Shown here: positions 42,601-53,577 of the stretch, piece after piece
How the letters are laid out: every line of letters begins with the position of its first letter
How positions within the stretch are numbered: the stretch's first letter is position 1
Assembly: GCA_045535555.1 (NCBI GenBank)
Contig: JAZSLV010000003.1
Span: 2,117-66,116, forward strand
DNA: 64,000 bases
Reading direction: 5' to 3'
DNA from: Bacteroidaceae bacterium
Lineage (GTDB): Bacteria; Bacteroidota; Bacteroidia; Bacteroidales; Bacteroidaceae
The notes under the pieces: generated by a model
Databases searched by the model: none
Told to the model about the DNA's origin: nothing
The model's input: the letters and a program-made list of their open reading frames with translations, nothing else
Program-made: the position numbers and the translations under genes

Positions 42601-43998
42601 ATGATAGGGACTGAACTAAAAAACCAATGGAGCTTATGTCTGGATTTCATCCGGGACAACGTGTCGAAAGCAGTTTTCGATACGTGGTTTACGGTTGTAG
42701 AGCCGGAGTCATTGGAAAACGGTGAACTCGTACTGCAGATCCCAAGCCCGTTCGTATTCGAGTATCTGGAGCAGAACTGCCTGGACGTTATAAAGGCGGC
42801 TCTGACCAAGGTTTTCGGCAAGGGCACCAAACTATCATACAGCATACTTACAGATAAGGAGAACAACATCAGCCAGAACGTCAGTTCGGCAGATACCTTA
42901 TATAATATAAAGGGTACTGCAGAGATAGGAAACAAGGCCCCGTCCGTAAACGATGCTCCGTATGTTCAGGATCTCAATCCCCAGTTGGACCCCAACTACA
43001 GTTTTGAGAATTTCGTAGAGGGAATAAGTAACAAACTTGCTCGCACAGCCGGTGAGACCATAGCCTTGAATCCGGCAGGAAGCGCATTCAACCCCCTGTT
43101 CATATATGGTTCATCCGGCGTGGGCAAAACTCACCTGGCAACAGCCATAGGCCGTAAGGTAAAGGAACTCCACCCCGAAAAAAGAGTCCTTTACGTATCA
43201 GCCCACCTCTTCATGGTACAATATACTGATGCGGCCAGAAACAACACTGTCAATGATTTCATCCATTTCTATCAGTCCATAGACGTGCTGATCATTGATG
43301 ACATGCAGGAACTGTCAGGTTACACCAAGACACAGAACACATTTTTCCATATATTCAACTATCTGCACCTTAACCACAAGCAGCTTATCATGACGAGTGA
43401 CCGTCCGCCCAAGGACATGAAAGACCTTGAGGAGCGTCTGATCACCCGCTTCAAATGGGGCTTGGTGGCTGAGTTGGAGCGTCCGGACCTTAACCTGCGC
43501 AAAGACATACTACGCGACAAGACCAGACGTGACGGTATCAGGTTCCCGGAGCCGGTTATTGATTACATAGCCGACAAGGTAAGGGATAATGTTCGTGATC
43601 TGGAGGGTGTGATTGTCTCACTGATGGCATATTCAACAATTTACGGCAAGGACGTAGACCTGAATCTTACCCATGAGGTGATAGACAAGAGCCAGCATCA
43701 TGAGCAGAAACCAATCACGATTGAATCCATTATCTCAAAGGTCTGTGACTATTATAACATCGACGAGACATCCGTACAATCCAAATCACGCAAGCATGAG
43801 ATTGTTCAGGCAAGACAGATAAGTATGTATCTGGCCAAGAAATACCTGGATTTCTCCACTTCAAAGATTGGAGCGTACATAGGAAAGCGCGATCACGCCA
43901 CAGTTCTCCACGCCTGCAATATGGTCCGTGACCAGATTCAGGTAGACAAGAATTTCAAGGCCGATATGGAAAATATCGAGAGTGGTTTGCGCTGCTGA
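42601..43998 (+). CDS. dnaA: Chromosomal replication initiator protein DnaA
   Basis: GSSGVGKTHL Walker A, IDDMQEL Walker B, and C-terminal DNA-binding domain ...GKRDHATVLHACN. Confidence 0.95.
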   Translation: MIGTELKNQWSLCLDFIRDNVSKAVFDTWFTVVEPESLENGELVLQIPSPFVFEYLEQNCLDVIKAALTKVFGKGTKLSYSILTDKENNISQNVSSADTLYNIKGTAEIGNKAPSVNDAPYVQDLNPQLDPNYSFENFVEGISNKLARTAGETIALNPAGSAFNPLFIYGSSGVGKTHLATAIGRKVKELHPEKRVLYVSAHLFMVQYTDAARNNTVNDFIHFYQSIDVLIIDDMQELSGYTKTQNTFFHIFNYLHLNHKQLIMTSDRPPKDMKDLEERLITRFKWGLVAELERPDLNLRKDILRDKTRRDGIRFPEPVIDYIADKVRDNVRDLEGVIVSLMAYSTIYGKDVDLNLTHEVIDKSQHHEQKPITIESIISKVCDYYNIDETSVQSKSRKHEIVQARQISMYLAKKYLDFSTSKIGAYIGKRDHATVLHACNMVRDQIQVDKNFKADMENIESGLRC

Positions 43999-44023
43999 AT
44001 CTCAGGGACGTAGAAGTTGACTG

Positions 44024-44050
44024 AAGCGGTGATCCAATCACCGCTTTTTT
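44024..44050 (+). terminator. Intrinsic terminator after dnaA
   Basis: AAGCGGTGAT-CCA-ATCACCGCTT followed by a T-run. Confidence 0.8.
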
Positions 44051-44244
44051 GTTTTTATACAATTCATATTCAAGTTAATTCCAAGTGACAACACGAGTAA
44101 CTATTTCCCGTTTTGGAAAACTTTTAAGCCATCGCATTTTCTTATATAATTGATTATCAATGAATATCTGTTTCAAAACGGAAAACTTTGTTTTTGAATG
44201 GAATTTTATTTTTTCAAACATTAGTTTTTATCGGACGCATTATA

Positions 44245-44252
44245 TACATTTG
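44245..44252 (+). promoter_or_regulatory. -7 promoter box TACATTTG upstream of nrdJ
   Basis: TAnnTTTG match 66 nt upstream of the ATG at 44319. Confidence 0.45.
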
Positions 44253-44318
44253 TAATGCTGTAGCCAATCCACATATTGGCGTGCATTTCTTGCGCATATA
44301 TCAAACAAGTAATATAAA

Positions 44319-46898
44319 ATGGACGACAAAAAACTAACCTACACTTTCGATGAGGCGTTCAAGGCCTCAGTGGACTATTTCGGAGGTGACGAACTTGCAG
44401 CCAAAGTATGGGTGAACAAGTACGCGGTAAAAGACTCCTTCGGAAAAATTTATGAGAAGACTCCAGATGACATGCACTGGCGAATAGCCAATGAGATTGC
44501 CCGCGTGGAGAAAAAGTACAAGAACCCCATGACCGCCGCCCAACTTCATGACTTGCTCAAGGGATTCAAGTACATCGTTCCGCAGGGAAGCCCTATGACC
44601 GGAATAGGTAACAATTACCAGATTGCATCACTCTCCAACTGTTTTGTTATCGGTACTGAGGGAGCAGCCGATTCATACGGTGCCATCATGAAGATTGACG
44701 AGGAACAGGTTCAGCTTATGAAACGCCGCGGCGGTGTAGGTCATGACCTGTCAGATATCCGTCCCAAGGGTTCACCCGTAAAGAACTCCGCACTCACTTC
44801 AACAGGCCTGGTTCCGTTCATGGAGCGTTTCTCCAATTCCACCCGCGAGGTGGCACAGGACGGCCGTCGCGGCGCCCTGATGCTGAGTGTATCCATCAAG
44901 CACCCGGATTCAGAGTCATTCATCGACGCCAAGATGGAGAGCGGCAAGGTTACCGGCGCCAACGTATCGGTAAAGATTGACGATGAATTCATGAAAGCTG
45001 CCATTGAAGGCCGCAAATATACCCAGTGCTACCCCATCGACTCCAAGAAGCCACTGTACAAGAAGGAGATCGATGCTAGTGAACTCTGGAAAAAGATTGT
45101 CCACAACGCATGGAAATCGGCCGAGCCCGGAGTCCTGTTCTGGGACACCATACTGCGCGAGTCTGTCCCCGACTGCTATGCTGACCTGGGATTCCGCACC
45201 GTCAGCACCAACCCCTGCGGAGAGATTCCGTTGTGCCCGTATGACAGTTGTCGTCTGTTGGCCATAAACCTCTATTCGTACGTAAAGAATCCGTTCACCC
45301 CCAAGGCCAAGTTTGACTTTGACCTGTTCAAGAAACATGTGGCCATAGCACAGCGCATCATGGACGATATCATAGACCTGGAGATTGAGAAGATAGATAT
45401 GATCCAGGCCAAGATAGCCAGTGACCCCGAGGATGACGAGACCAAGTATACCGAGAAACGCCTTTGGGAGAAAATCATGCGCAAGAGCACCATGGGCCGT
45501 CGTACCGGTGTAGGTATCACCGCCGAGGGTGATATGCTGGCCGCAATGGGACTCCGTTACGGAACCGATGAGGCTACCCAATTTGCCGAGACAGTTCAGC
45601 GCACCCTGGCACTTACCGCCTACCGTTCATCAGTTGAGATGGCTAAGGAACGCGGTGCTTTTGAGATATTTGACTGGAAGCGCGAGCAAAAGAACCCCTT
45701 CATACTGCGCATCAAGGAGGCCGATCCCCAGCTCTATGAAGATATGAAGAAATACGGTCGCCGTAACATTGCCTGTCTCACAATAGCCCCCACCGGAACA
45801 GTAAGTCTTATGACTCAGACTACCTCCGGTCTGGAGCCGGTATTCATGCCTGTCTACAAGCGCCGCCGCAAGGTTAACCGCGACGATGAGAACGCCAACA
45901 TCACCTTTGTCGATGATAACGGCGATGCATTTGAGGAGTTCATCGTATTCCACCACAAGTTTGTGGAGTGGATGGTTGTGAACGGAATCAATCCCGCCCA
46001 GAAGTTCACGCCGGAGGAGGTTGATGAACTGGTTGCCCGCTCACCCTACTACAAGGCTACCGCCCAGGATGTCGACTGGGTTAACAAGGTTAAGATGCAG
46101 GGTGCCCTGCAGAAATGGGTTGACCACTCCATCAGCGTTACCATCAACCTTCCCAACGATGTATCAGAAGACCTGGTCAACCAACTCTACGTAGAGGCCT
46201 GGAAGAGCGGATGCAAGGGTTGCACCGTATACCGTGACGGTTCACGTGACGGCGTTCTTGTTGATGCCAAGAGTGACAAGAAGGCAGAAAAGGAGAAGAA
46301 AGACGGCAAAGAGCCAACTCTGGCACCATGTGACTGCGAGCCGCGTCAGGTAGTTGAGGTCCGTCCGCGCATTCTTGAGGCCGACGTGGTACGTTTCCAG
46401 AACAACAAGGAGAAATGGGTGGCATTCGTAGGTATCCTGGACGGCCGTCCGTATGAGATATTCACCGGTCTGCAGGATGACGACGAGGGTATTGTACTAC
46501 CCAAGACCGTTGAGAAAGGCTGGATTATCAAGAATATTGATGAGGAGGGCCGCAAGCGCTACGACTTCCAGTTCACCAACAAACGCGGATACAAGGTTAC
46601 TATCGAAGGCCTGTCCGAAAAATTTGACAAGGAGTACTGGAACTACGCCAAGCTGATATCAGGCGTACTCCGCTACCAGATGCCTATTGACCTGTGCATC
46701 AAGCTCATCGGCTCACTTGACCTTGGATCAGAGAACATCAACAACTGGAAGAACGGTGTGGAGCGCGCCCTTAAGAAATACGTCCAGGACGGCACCGCTG
46801 TAAAGGGTGAGAAGTGTTCTGTATGCGGAAGCGAGTCACTGGTATATCAGGAGGGCTGCCTCATCTGCAAGAACTGCGGATCATCACGTTGCGGTTAA
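44319..46898 (+). CDS. nrdJ: Adenosylcobalamin-dependent (class II) ribonucleotide reductase
   Basis: RNR barrel motifs including STNPCGEIPL. About 860 aa with no beta subunit nearby. C-terminal Cys-rich tail CSVCGS...CLICKNCG. Confidence 0.9.
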   Translation: MDDKKLTYTFDEAFKASVDYFGGDELAAKVWVNKYAVKDSFGKIYEKTPDDMHWRIANEIARVEKKYKNPMTAAQLHDLLKGFKYIVPQGSPMTGIGNNYQIASLSNCFVIGTEGAADSYGAIMKIDEEQVQLMKRRGGVGHDLSDIRPKGSPVKNSALTSTGLVPFMERFSNSTREVAQDGRRGALMLSVSIKHPDSESFIDAKMESGKVTGANVSVKIDDEFMKAAIEGRKYTQCYPIDSKKPLYKKEIDASELWKKIVHNAWKSAEPGVLFWDTILRESVPDCYADLGFRTVSTNPCGEIPLCPYDSCRLLAINLYSYVKNPFTPKAKFDFDLFKKHVAIAQRIMDDIIDLEIEKIDMIQAKIASDPEDDETKYTEKRLWEKIMRKSTMGRRTGVGITAEGDMLAAMGLRYGTDEATQFAETVQRTLALTAYRSSVEMAKERGAFEIFDWKREQKNPFILRIKEADPQLYEDMKKYGRRNIACLTIAPTGTVSLMTQTTSGLEPVFMPVYKRRRKVNRDDENANITFVDDNGDAFEEFIVFHHKFVEWMVVNGINPAQKFTPEEVDELVARSPYYKATAQDVDWVNKVKMQGALQKWVDHSISVTINLPNDVSEDLVNQLYVEAWKSGCKGCTVYRDGSRDGVLVDAKSDKKAEKEKKDGKEPTLAPCDCEPRQVVEVRPRILEADVVRFQNNKEKWVAFVGILDGRPYEIFTGLQDDDEGIVLPKTVEKGWIIKNIDEEGRKRYDFQFTNKRGYKVTIEGLSEKFDKEYWNYAKLISGVLRYQMPIDLCIKLIGSLDLGSENINNWKNGVERALKKYVQDGTAVKGEKCSVCGSESLVYQEGCLICKNCGSSRCG

Positions 46899-46899
46899 A

Positions 46900-47268
46900 A
46901 TGAAAAATAAAGAACAGACAATAACACTTGACAGCCTGCGGTTCTACGCCTACCATGGTGCCGAACCGCAGGAGGCCATTGTGGGTGCCTGGTACACGGT
47001 TGACATCAGTATCACAGCCGATGCCACCGATGCCATACTCAACGACAATCTGAACGGGACAATCAACTACGCGAAAGTAACCGAGATAATAAAGCAGCAG
47101 ATGCAAATCCGCTCCGCCCTTCTGGAACACGTAGCCGGCCGCATAGCCAATGCTCTGCTAAACGGTTTCCCCGCAATCAGTTCACTGACAGTAAAGGTGT
47201 GCAAACAAAATCCCCCCGTCTGCACTCCCTGCACCGCTTCCGGCTTTACCCTCACTGTTGAAAGGTAA
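46900..47268 (+). CDS. folB: Dihydroneopterin aldolase
   Basis: MKNKEQTITLDSLRFYAYHGAEPQE...INYAKV pattern of FolB. The ATG is 1 nt after the nrdJ stop. The ORF-track start at 46807 lies inside nrdJ. Confidence 0.85.
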   Translation: MKNKEQTITLDSLRFYAYHGAEPQEAIVGAWYTVDISITADATDAILNDNLNGTINYAKVTEIIKQQMQIRSALLEHVAGRIANALLNGFPAISSLTVKVCKQNPPVCTPCTASGFTLTVER

Positions 47269-47274
47269 CAGCAA

Positions 47275-49716
47275 TTAAACAAGAATTGCTGTTACGTGCA
47301 CCCTGGAACCTTCTGCAAATAGGGGGATTAGATTTCCGGCAATCTCTTTTCCGTTCACCAGAAGTTTCTGTAATCCGCGCATTGAGCCGTTGGGGTTCTT
47401 GATTTCAATCTGGTAGGTGGCTCCGCGGAATTTGCGGGTTATCTTGTACTCCTTCATATCGGGACTGATGCATGGATCAATCTCAAGACCGTTGTAGGTG
47501 GGCTTGATACCCAGGATGAACTGGGTGATTGTGTACCAGTTCCAGGCGGCTGTGCCGGTAAGCCAGGAGTTCTTGCCCTCGCCGGGACGGAACGCATCCT
47601 TGCCGGCCACCATCTGTGAGTAGACATAGGGCTCAACCTTGTGCAGAGTCTGATCCTTGATATAGGCAGGGCATATTTTGCGCCAATATTCCATAGCAGC
47701 CTTTCCGTTTCCGCGGACCGTCTCACCAATCATAACCCAGGGATTGTTGTGGCAGAATATGCCGGCATTCTCCTTGTAGCCTGCGGGGTAACTTGAAATC
47801 TCGCCGTACTCGATATAATACTTTGTGAATGCGGGATTGTTCAGCACTATGCCGTGCTCTGAGTCAAGGCGCTCCTTTACGGAGTCAAGAGCCTTATCAC
47901 AGAGGCCCTCTTTAAGGCCGATGCCCGCCATGGTGCACCAACCGTTGGATTCAATGAATATCTGGCCCTCCTCATTCTCATGTGAGCCCACTTTTCGCCC
48001 ATAATAGTCATAAGCACGCAGGAACCAGTTGCCATCCCAGCCGTATTTCTCAACAGCGGTAATCATGGAATCAATATGCTTCTGGGCACGGTCAGCCTCG
48101 GCATTCTTACCCAACTGACGGCAAAGCTCCACATAGTCACGGCCGCTGAACACAAACAGTCCGGCAATCATCAGGCTCTCGGCCTTGCTGCCCTCGGTCT
48201 TGTTCTCGGTAGTCTGGAAACTCTCGTCGGGATCATTTGAGAAACAGTTCAGGTTAAGGCAGTCATTCCAGTCGGCACGTCCAATCAGGGGCAGACCGTG
48301 CGGACCAAGATTATTTATCACATGGTCAAATGATATAGTCAGGTGCTCAAACAGGCTCTTCTCGCTGCCGGGCATGTTGTCAAACGGAACCGGCTCATCA
48401 AGGATACTGAAGTCTCCTGTCTCGCGCAGGTAACCGCATACTCCGAATATCAGCCACATCGGGTCGTCATTGAACCCGCCGCCAATGCCGTCGTTACCGC
48501 GTTTGGTCAACGGCTGGTACTGATGGTAGCAGCCGCCGTCGGCAAACTGGGTCGATGCGATATCGATAATACGCTCGCGGGCACGCTCCGGAATCTGATG
48601 CACAAATCCTATCAGGTCCTGGTTGGAGTCACGGAATCCCATGCCACGGCCTATACCGCTCTCAAAGAACGATGCGCTGCGTGAGAAACAGAACGTTATC
48701 ATGCACTGATACTGGTTCCAGATATTGACGGTACGGTCCATACGCTCATCGCCACTCTCAACATTGAATATGCTGAGCAGGTCATCCCAATATTCATTAA
48801 GTTTACGGAACTCGGCATCAACCTTGGCCGATGTATCCAGACGCGACAGGGTCTCGCGGGCCATGCGCTTGTTTATAACGCCCTTGCTCTCCCACTTGTC
48901 ATCCTGTGCGTTCTCGACATAACCCAGTATGAATATCAGGTCACGGCTCTCGCCCGGCTTAAGCTCTATCTCAAGATAGTGGGATGCTATGGGCGACCAT
49001 CCGTGAGCCACGCTATTAAGGGGTTTTCCTTCAAGCACAGCCTGAGGTGCATCAAAACCGTTGTACAGGCCCAGGAATGATTCCCGGTCAGTATCAAAAC
49101 CCTGAACCGGGACATTGACGGAGTAATATGCGTAATGGTTGCGGCGCTCCTTGTATTCGGTCTTGTGATATATTACCGACCCGTCAATCTCCACCTCACC
49201 GGTCGAGAAGTTGCGCTGGAAATTCTCCATATCAGTGGATGCGTTCCACAGGCACCACTCCTGAAAGCTGAACAGTTTCAGTTTCTTAACCACATCAGTG
49301 GTATTGGTCAGCGTAAGTTTCTGAACCTCGGCCCAGGTCTTGAGCGGCACAAAGAACAGCACCTTAGCGGTAATGCCGTCCTTGCGACCCTCAATCAATG
49401 TGTAGTTCATGCCGTGACGGCACTCGTAGAAATCAAGCGACGTTTTGCAGGGTTTCCAACCGGGATTCCATACGGTATCTCCATCCTTGATGTAGAAATA
49501 ACGCCCACCGGCATCCATAGGCACACCGTTATAGCGGTATCGTGTAATGCGGCGGAACCTGGCATCCTTGCAGAAACTGTAACCGCCGGCGGTATTTGAA
49601 ATCAGGCCAAAGAAATCCTCGGTACCCAGGTAGTTTATCCAAGGCCACGGGGTGCAGGGATCGGTAATGACATACTCCCTTGCCGCATCATCATAATGTC
49701 CGTATTCCTTTGCCAT
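47275..49716 (-). CDS. GH94 disaccharide phosphorylase (cellobiose/chitobiose/cellobionate phosphorylase type)
   Basis: 813 aa, no signal peptide. N-terminus [17 protein letters not shown] and catalytic-region [13 protein letters not shown] typical of GH94. Confidence 0.9.
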   Translation of the reverse strand: MAKEYGHYDDAAREYVITDPCTPWPWINYLGTEDFFGLISNTAGGYSFCKDARFRRITRYRYNGVPMDAGGRYFYIKDGDTVWNPGWKPCKTSLDFYECRHGMNYTLIEGRKDGITAKVLFFVPLKTWAEVQKLTLTNTTDVVKKLKLFSFQEWCLWNASTDMENFQRNFSTGEVEIDGSVIYHKTEYKERRNHYAYYSVNVPVQGFDTDRESFLGLYNGFDAPQAVLEGKPLNSVAHGWSPIASHYLEIELKPGESRDLIFILGYVENAQDDKWESKGVINKRMARETLSRLDTSAKVDAEFRKLNEYWDDLLSIFNVESGDERMDRTVNIWNQYQCMITFCFSRSASFFESGIGRGMGFRDSNQDLIGFVHQIPERARERIIDIASTQFADGGCYHQYQPLTKRGNDGIGGGFNDDPMWLIFGVCGYLRETGDFSILDEPVPFDNMPGSEKSLFEHLTISFDHVINNLGPHGLPLIGRADWNDCLNLNCFSNDPDESFQTTENKTEGSKAESLMIAGLFVFSGRDYVELCRQLGKNAEADRAQKHIDSMITAVEKYGWDGNWFLRAYDYYGRKVGSHENEEGQIFIESNGWCTMAGIGLKEGLCDKALDSVKERLDSEHGIVLNNPAFTKYYIEYGEISSYPAGYKENAGIFCHNNPWVMIGETVRGNGKAAMEYWRKICPAYIKDQTLHKVEPYVYSQMVAGKDAFRPGEGKNSWLTGTAAWNWYTITQFILGIKPTYNGLEIDPCISPDMKEYKITRKFRGATYQIEIKNPNGSMRGLQKLLVNGKEIAGNLIPLFAEGSRVHVTAILV

Positions 49717-49721
49717 AAATA

Positions 49722-51077
49722 TTACTTCTTGATGGGGAACTTATAAGCCAGGAATCCCATTACCAGGGCAATGACAGCCGGGATAAGCGAGAACAAGGAC
49801 CATACCATAGTACGTACCGATTCTGTGACCGATGCGGGATCAATCGACATGTTGCCAAAGTCGTCTGGAATCATGCGTGCACCTGCCAGACCCAGCAACA
49901 GAGCTATGAGTGAGCCCGATATGGCACCGCCCAGTTTCTGCGCCATTGTACCCGATGAGAATATCAGTCCGGTCGATGATGTTCCGAACTTATCGGTGGC
50001 AAAATCGGCCACATCGGCATACATTGACCACAGCAGCGGTGAGTAGAGACCTACACCTACCGACGTGAGTATCACCACTGCGACCATCAGCCAGATGTAC
50101 TTGGGATTCATCGGTATGAAGAAGAACAGTACCGAGAACACCACGCATATCACGGCAGACCAGACGAATGCCATCCGTTTGGAGCCGACCCACTTGGCAA
50201 ACTTGGGAGATACACCGCCGAATATCATGCAGGTAACCTCACCGAAAGCCATAAGCACGGTGTAGTTTATGATGAGTGAACCCACGGTCACGTCACCGCC
50301 CAGGCAGTATGAAATAAGATAGCCTGCCACAGCATAACGGAATCCGTTAAAGAAATTGGTGCAGAGTCCAATCAGTGTCAGGTATATCCATGGCTTGTTC
50401 TTGAACAGGTCGACAAACTGGCTCAGGGAGTATTTCTCGGCCCTTATGGGTTTGAGACGCTCCTTGGTCATCAGACCGCATGCCAGAGTCATGGCTGCGG
50501 CGATGATTCCGAACACAGCTCCCAGCACTGCATACTGATGCGCATCAGTACCACCTACCATTTTCTGCAGATAAGGGAATGACAGGAGCGTTATGAAACC
50601 CATGGCATATGCACCTACCATTCGATATGACGAGAACTGGTTCTTTTCATTGTCATCATCAGTCATTACACCCAGCAGTGAACCGTAAGGCACATTGACT
50701 GCAGTATAGACCGCCATCATGAGCAAGTAGAGGACATAAGCATAGATCCGCTTTCCGGCCGGACCGAAATCCGGTGTATAGAGCAGCAGCGCGAATATCA
50801 GACCGAATGGTATGGCTCCGAATATGAGCCAGGGCCTGTATGTACCCCAACGGGATTGGGTACGGTCAGCCAGGCTGCCCATTATCGGATCCGTAACTAC
50901 GTCAAACAGACGTGCAATAAGCATAAGTGCGGCTGCATCGGCAAATGTCAGTCCGAATACGTTGGTAAAGAACAGCGGAAATGCAATGGACATTATCTTC
51001 CATGTAATACCTCCGGCTGCGGCATCGCCCAGTGCATAGGCGATCTTTTCCCTGATTGTAGGTTTCTGGTAACTCAT
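49722..51077 (-). CDS. GPH-family (glycoside-pentoside-hexuronide) cation symporter
   Basis: [26 protein letters not shown] signature and 12-TM pattern. Confidence 0.85.
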   Translation of the reverse strand: MSYQKPTIREKIAYALGDAAAGGITWKIMSIAFPLFFTNVFGLTFADAAALMLIARLFDVVTDPIMGSLADRTQSRWGTYRPWLIFGAIPFGLIFALLLYTPDFGPAGKRIYAYVLYLLMMAVYTAVNVPYGSLLGVMTDDDNEKNQFSSYRMVGAYAMGFITLLSFPYLQKMVGGTDAHQYAVLGAVFGIIAAAMTLACGLMTKERLKPIRAEKYSLSQFVDLFKNKPWIYLTLIGLCTNFFNGFRYAVAGYLISYCLGGDVTVGSLIINYTVLMAFGEVTCMIFGGVSPKFAKWVGSKRMAFVWSAVICVVFSVLFFFIPMNPKYIWLMVAVVILTSVGVGLYSPLLWSMYADVADFATDKFGTSSTGLIFSSGTMAQKLGGAISGSLIALLLGLAGARMIPDDFGNMSIDPASVTESVRTMVWSLFSLIPAVIALVMGFLAYKFPIKK

Positions 51078-51099
51078 AATGGTCAGTAACTGTTATCGT

Positions 51100-52101
51100 T
51101 TAAAGAATTATCGAATCTATTTCATAAAGTTCATCAGCGGTAAACTCCGTGTTACGGACTGCCCTGATATTGGTGAGCAGTTGCGCAGGAGAGCTTGCAC
51201 CGATCAGCACAGAGGTTACAAGTCCGTCCTTGAGCAGCCAGGAGAGTGCCATCTCCGACAGACTCTGGTTACGGGCTGCGGCTATCGCGTTGAGCCGGTT
51301 CAGTTTGGACAGGAGTTGTGGAGTCAGGACTTCACGTTTAAGGAAATGGTTGCGTGCCATACGTGAATCCTCCGGGATACCTCGCAGATAACGGTCTGTC
51401 AGCAGTCCCTGGGCCAGCGGTGAGAATGCGGTAAACCCCACTCCCGCATCCCGGCACGCATCCAGTATGCCGTTCTCCATCCTGCGGTCCATCATATTGT
51501 AACGGCCTTGATATATAAGACACGGCACGTCACGCTCCCTGAGATAGCCAAAACAGAAATCAAGCGTATCAACAGGATAGTTTGACAGACCTATGTAAAG
51601 CGCCTTGCCTTGACGCACTATGTCCACCAGAGCCTGCATGGTCTCCTCAAGCGGGGTTTCCGGGTCATATCGGTGTGAGTAGAACAGGTCCACATAATCC
51701 AGCCGCATCCGTTTGAGGCTCTGGTCCAGACTGCTCATAAGATACTTGCGCGAACCCCAGTCCCCGTATGGGCCGGGCCACATGTCATAACCGGCCTTGG
51801 TAGTAATGAACAGCTCATCACGATACGGACGGAACGACAGGTCCATCATCCGGCCCAGATTCTCCTCGGCCGTTCCGTATTCAGGCCCGTAGTTATTGGC
51901 CAGATCAAAGCAGGTGATACCGTTGTCAAACGCACATCTGGCCGTAGCATGAGCCTTGTCAAAGTCATCCACGCTTCCGAAATTGTGCCAGAAACCGAGT
52001 GACACCGCGGGTAGTCTGACCCCGCTGTGTCCACATCGGATATATGGCATACGCCCGTCATAACGGGTATCGACCGCCTTATAGTCTGGTATTACCGACA
52101 T
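51100..52101 (-). CDS. Aldo/keto reductase, YghZ (L-glyceraldehyde-3-phosphate reductase)-like
   Basis: YIRCGHSGVRLPAVSLGFWHNFG N-terminus closely resembles E. coli YghZ. AKR length. Confidence 0.85.
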   Translation of the reverse strand: MSVIPDYKAVDTRYDGRMPYIRCGHSGVRLPAVSLGFWHNFGSVDDFDKAHATARCAFDNGITCFDLANNYGPEYGTAEENLGRMMDLSFRPYRDELFITTKAGYDMWPGPYGDWGSRKYLMSSLDQSLKRMRLDYVDLFYSHRYDPETPLEETMQALVDIVRQGKALYIGLSNYPVDTLDFCFGYLRERDVPCLIYQGRYNMMDRRMENGILDACRDAGVGFTAFSPLAQGLLTDRYLRGIPEDSRMARNHFLKREVLTPQLLSKLNRLNAIAAARNQSLSEMALSWLLKDGLVTSVLIGASSPAQLLTNIRAVRNTEFTADELYEIDSIIL

Positions 52102-53561
52102 CAGTCTACAACGATAGGCTTATATTTGGGAACCAGAAGTTTCATCACGGTCCAGCCGATAAGATAGGCAACGGCGCAGATACAGAATACAATCATGTAA
52201 CCGGCCTCCTTGCCCTCAAATCCCAGGAATGTGAATGCCGATCCCAGAGCGGCGCTCTTGGTAAAGAGCATACCGGCGCCCTTGTTTATCATGAACGATG
52301 CAAGACCGCCCATGGTTGTACCCACACCTGTGATTGTTCCGATGGTTGACTTGGGGAACATATCACCGATGGTTGAGTACAGGTTGGCCGACCATGCCTG
52401 ATGTCCTGCACCGGCCAGACCTATTATGATAGCGGGGAACCATGCGCTGTACTTACCCAGAGGCTGGGCAAAGAGTGCCAGCAGCGGGAAGAAAGCGAAT
52501 ATCAGCATAGCTTTCATACGACCCGAGTAAGGCTCCATGCCTTTCTTCTCAACAAACAGCTTGGGCAGGTAGCCACCGCCTATACTTACCACGGTTACAA
52601 TCAGATAGAGTACGAATATCAGCAGGATAGCCTCCTTGGAGTCCGAGCGGTATCCGTACTGGTCGCTGAAGTATGCGGGAGCCCAGAACAGGAAGAACCA
52701 CCAGACACCGTCCGTAAAGAACTTACCGCAGATGAAAGCCCATGTCTGACGGAAAGAGAAACACTTGAAGAACGGGATTGACTTCTGCTCCTTCTGTGGC
52801 TCGGCAGCCTTGGCGGCAGCCAGTTCGGCAGCGTCATCCTGATGGATATACTCAAGCTCTGCCTGGTTTACATACTTGGACTTCTCGGGCTTCTGATAGA
52901 GGAAGAACCAGAAGAACATCCATACAAAACCCAGAGCACCTATTATTATGAATGCCATCTCCCATCCCCACTTGGCAGCCAGAGGCGGAATGCAGGCAGG
53001 TGCTGCAAGAGCGCCCACCGATGCACCTGCATTGAATATTGATGTGGCAAAAGCGCGGTCCTTCTTGGGGAAATACTCTGCGGTTACCTTGATGGCAGCA
53101 GGGAAGTTTCCGGACTCACCCAGCGCCAGCACAGCGCGGCAGAATATGAACATATAGACCGATACAGTCGATATGATCAGCATCACATCGGCCGAATTAC
53201 GAGCAGCCTCCATAGAAGGTACACCGGCCCACTTGAGCGATGCCCATCCGCAGGCAGCATGCATACAGGCACCTACCGACCAGATGAATATGGCCCAAAG
53301 ATAACCCTTGCGTGTACCCAGCCAGTCAATGAACTTACCTGAGAACAGGCAGGCCACGGCATAGAAAATAGAAAAGAAACCGGTAATTGAGCCGTACTGA
53401 CTGTCAGTCCAGTGGAAATCGGCCGATATAAAATCTTTCCAAGTTAATGACAGCACCTGACGGTCCAGGTAATTGACTGTTGTGGCCACAAACAGAAGTG
53501 CACACAACACCCAACGGAAATTTGTCATCCGCTGAGCCTTTGAATTTGAAATTGTTGACAT
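52101..53561 (-). CDS. MFS transporter, ACS/ExuT (hexuronate/aldonate)-like
   Basis: TNFRWVLCALLFVATTVNYLDRQVLS N-terminus typical of ExuT-type MFS. Its TGATG stop/start overlaps the downstream AKR gene. Confidence 0.8.
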   Translation of the reverse strand: MSTISNSKAQRMTNFRWVLCALLFVATTVNYLDRQVLSLTWKDFISADFHWTDSQYGSITGFFSIFYAVACLFSGKFIDWLGTRKGYLWAIFIWSVGACMHAACGWASLKWAGVPSMEAARNSADVMLIISTVSVYMFIFCRAVLALGESGNFPAAIKVTAEYFPKKDRAFATSIFNAGASVGALAAPACIPPLAAKWGWEMAFIIIGALGFVWMFFWFFLYQKPEKSKYVNQAELEYIHQDDAAELAAAKAAEPQKEQKSIPFFKCFSFRQTWAFICGKFFTDGVWWFFLFWAPAYFSDQYGYRSDSKEAILLIFVLYLIVTVVSIGGGYLPKLFVEKKGMEPYSGRMKAMLIFAFFPLLALFAQPLGKYSAWFPAIIIGLAGAGHQAWSANLYSTIGDMFPKSTIGTITGVGTTMGGLASFMINKGAGMLFTKSAALGSAFTFLGFEGKEAGYMIVFCICAVAYLIGWTVMKLLVPKYKPIVVD

Positions 53562-53577
53562 ATTGAATTTAGGTTAG

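Noticed and set aside
44255-44310. Possible NrdR boxes (CCACATATTGG, GCGCATATATC) upstream of nrdJ
   Set aside because: Neither is a convincing 16-bp palindrome of the ACACwAtATaTwGTGT type. No nrdR gene is visible, and I am unsure the regulator exists in this lineage.
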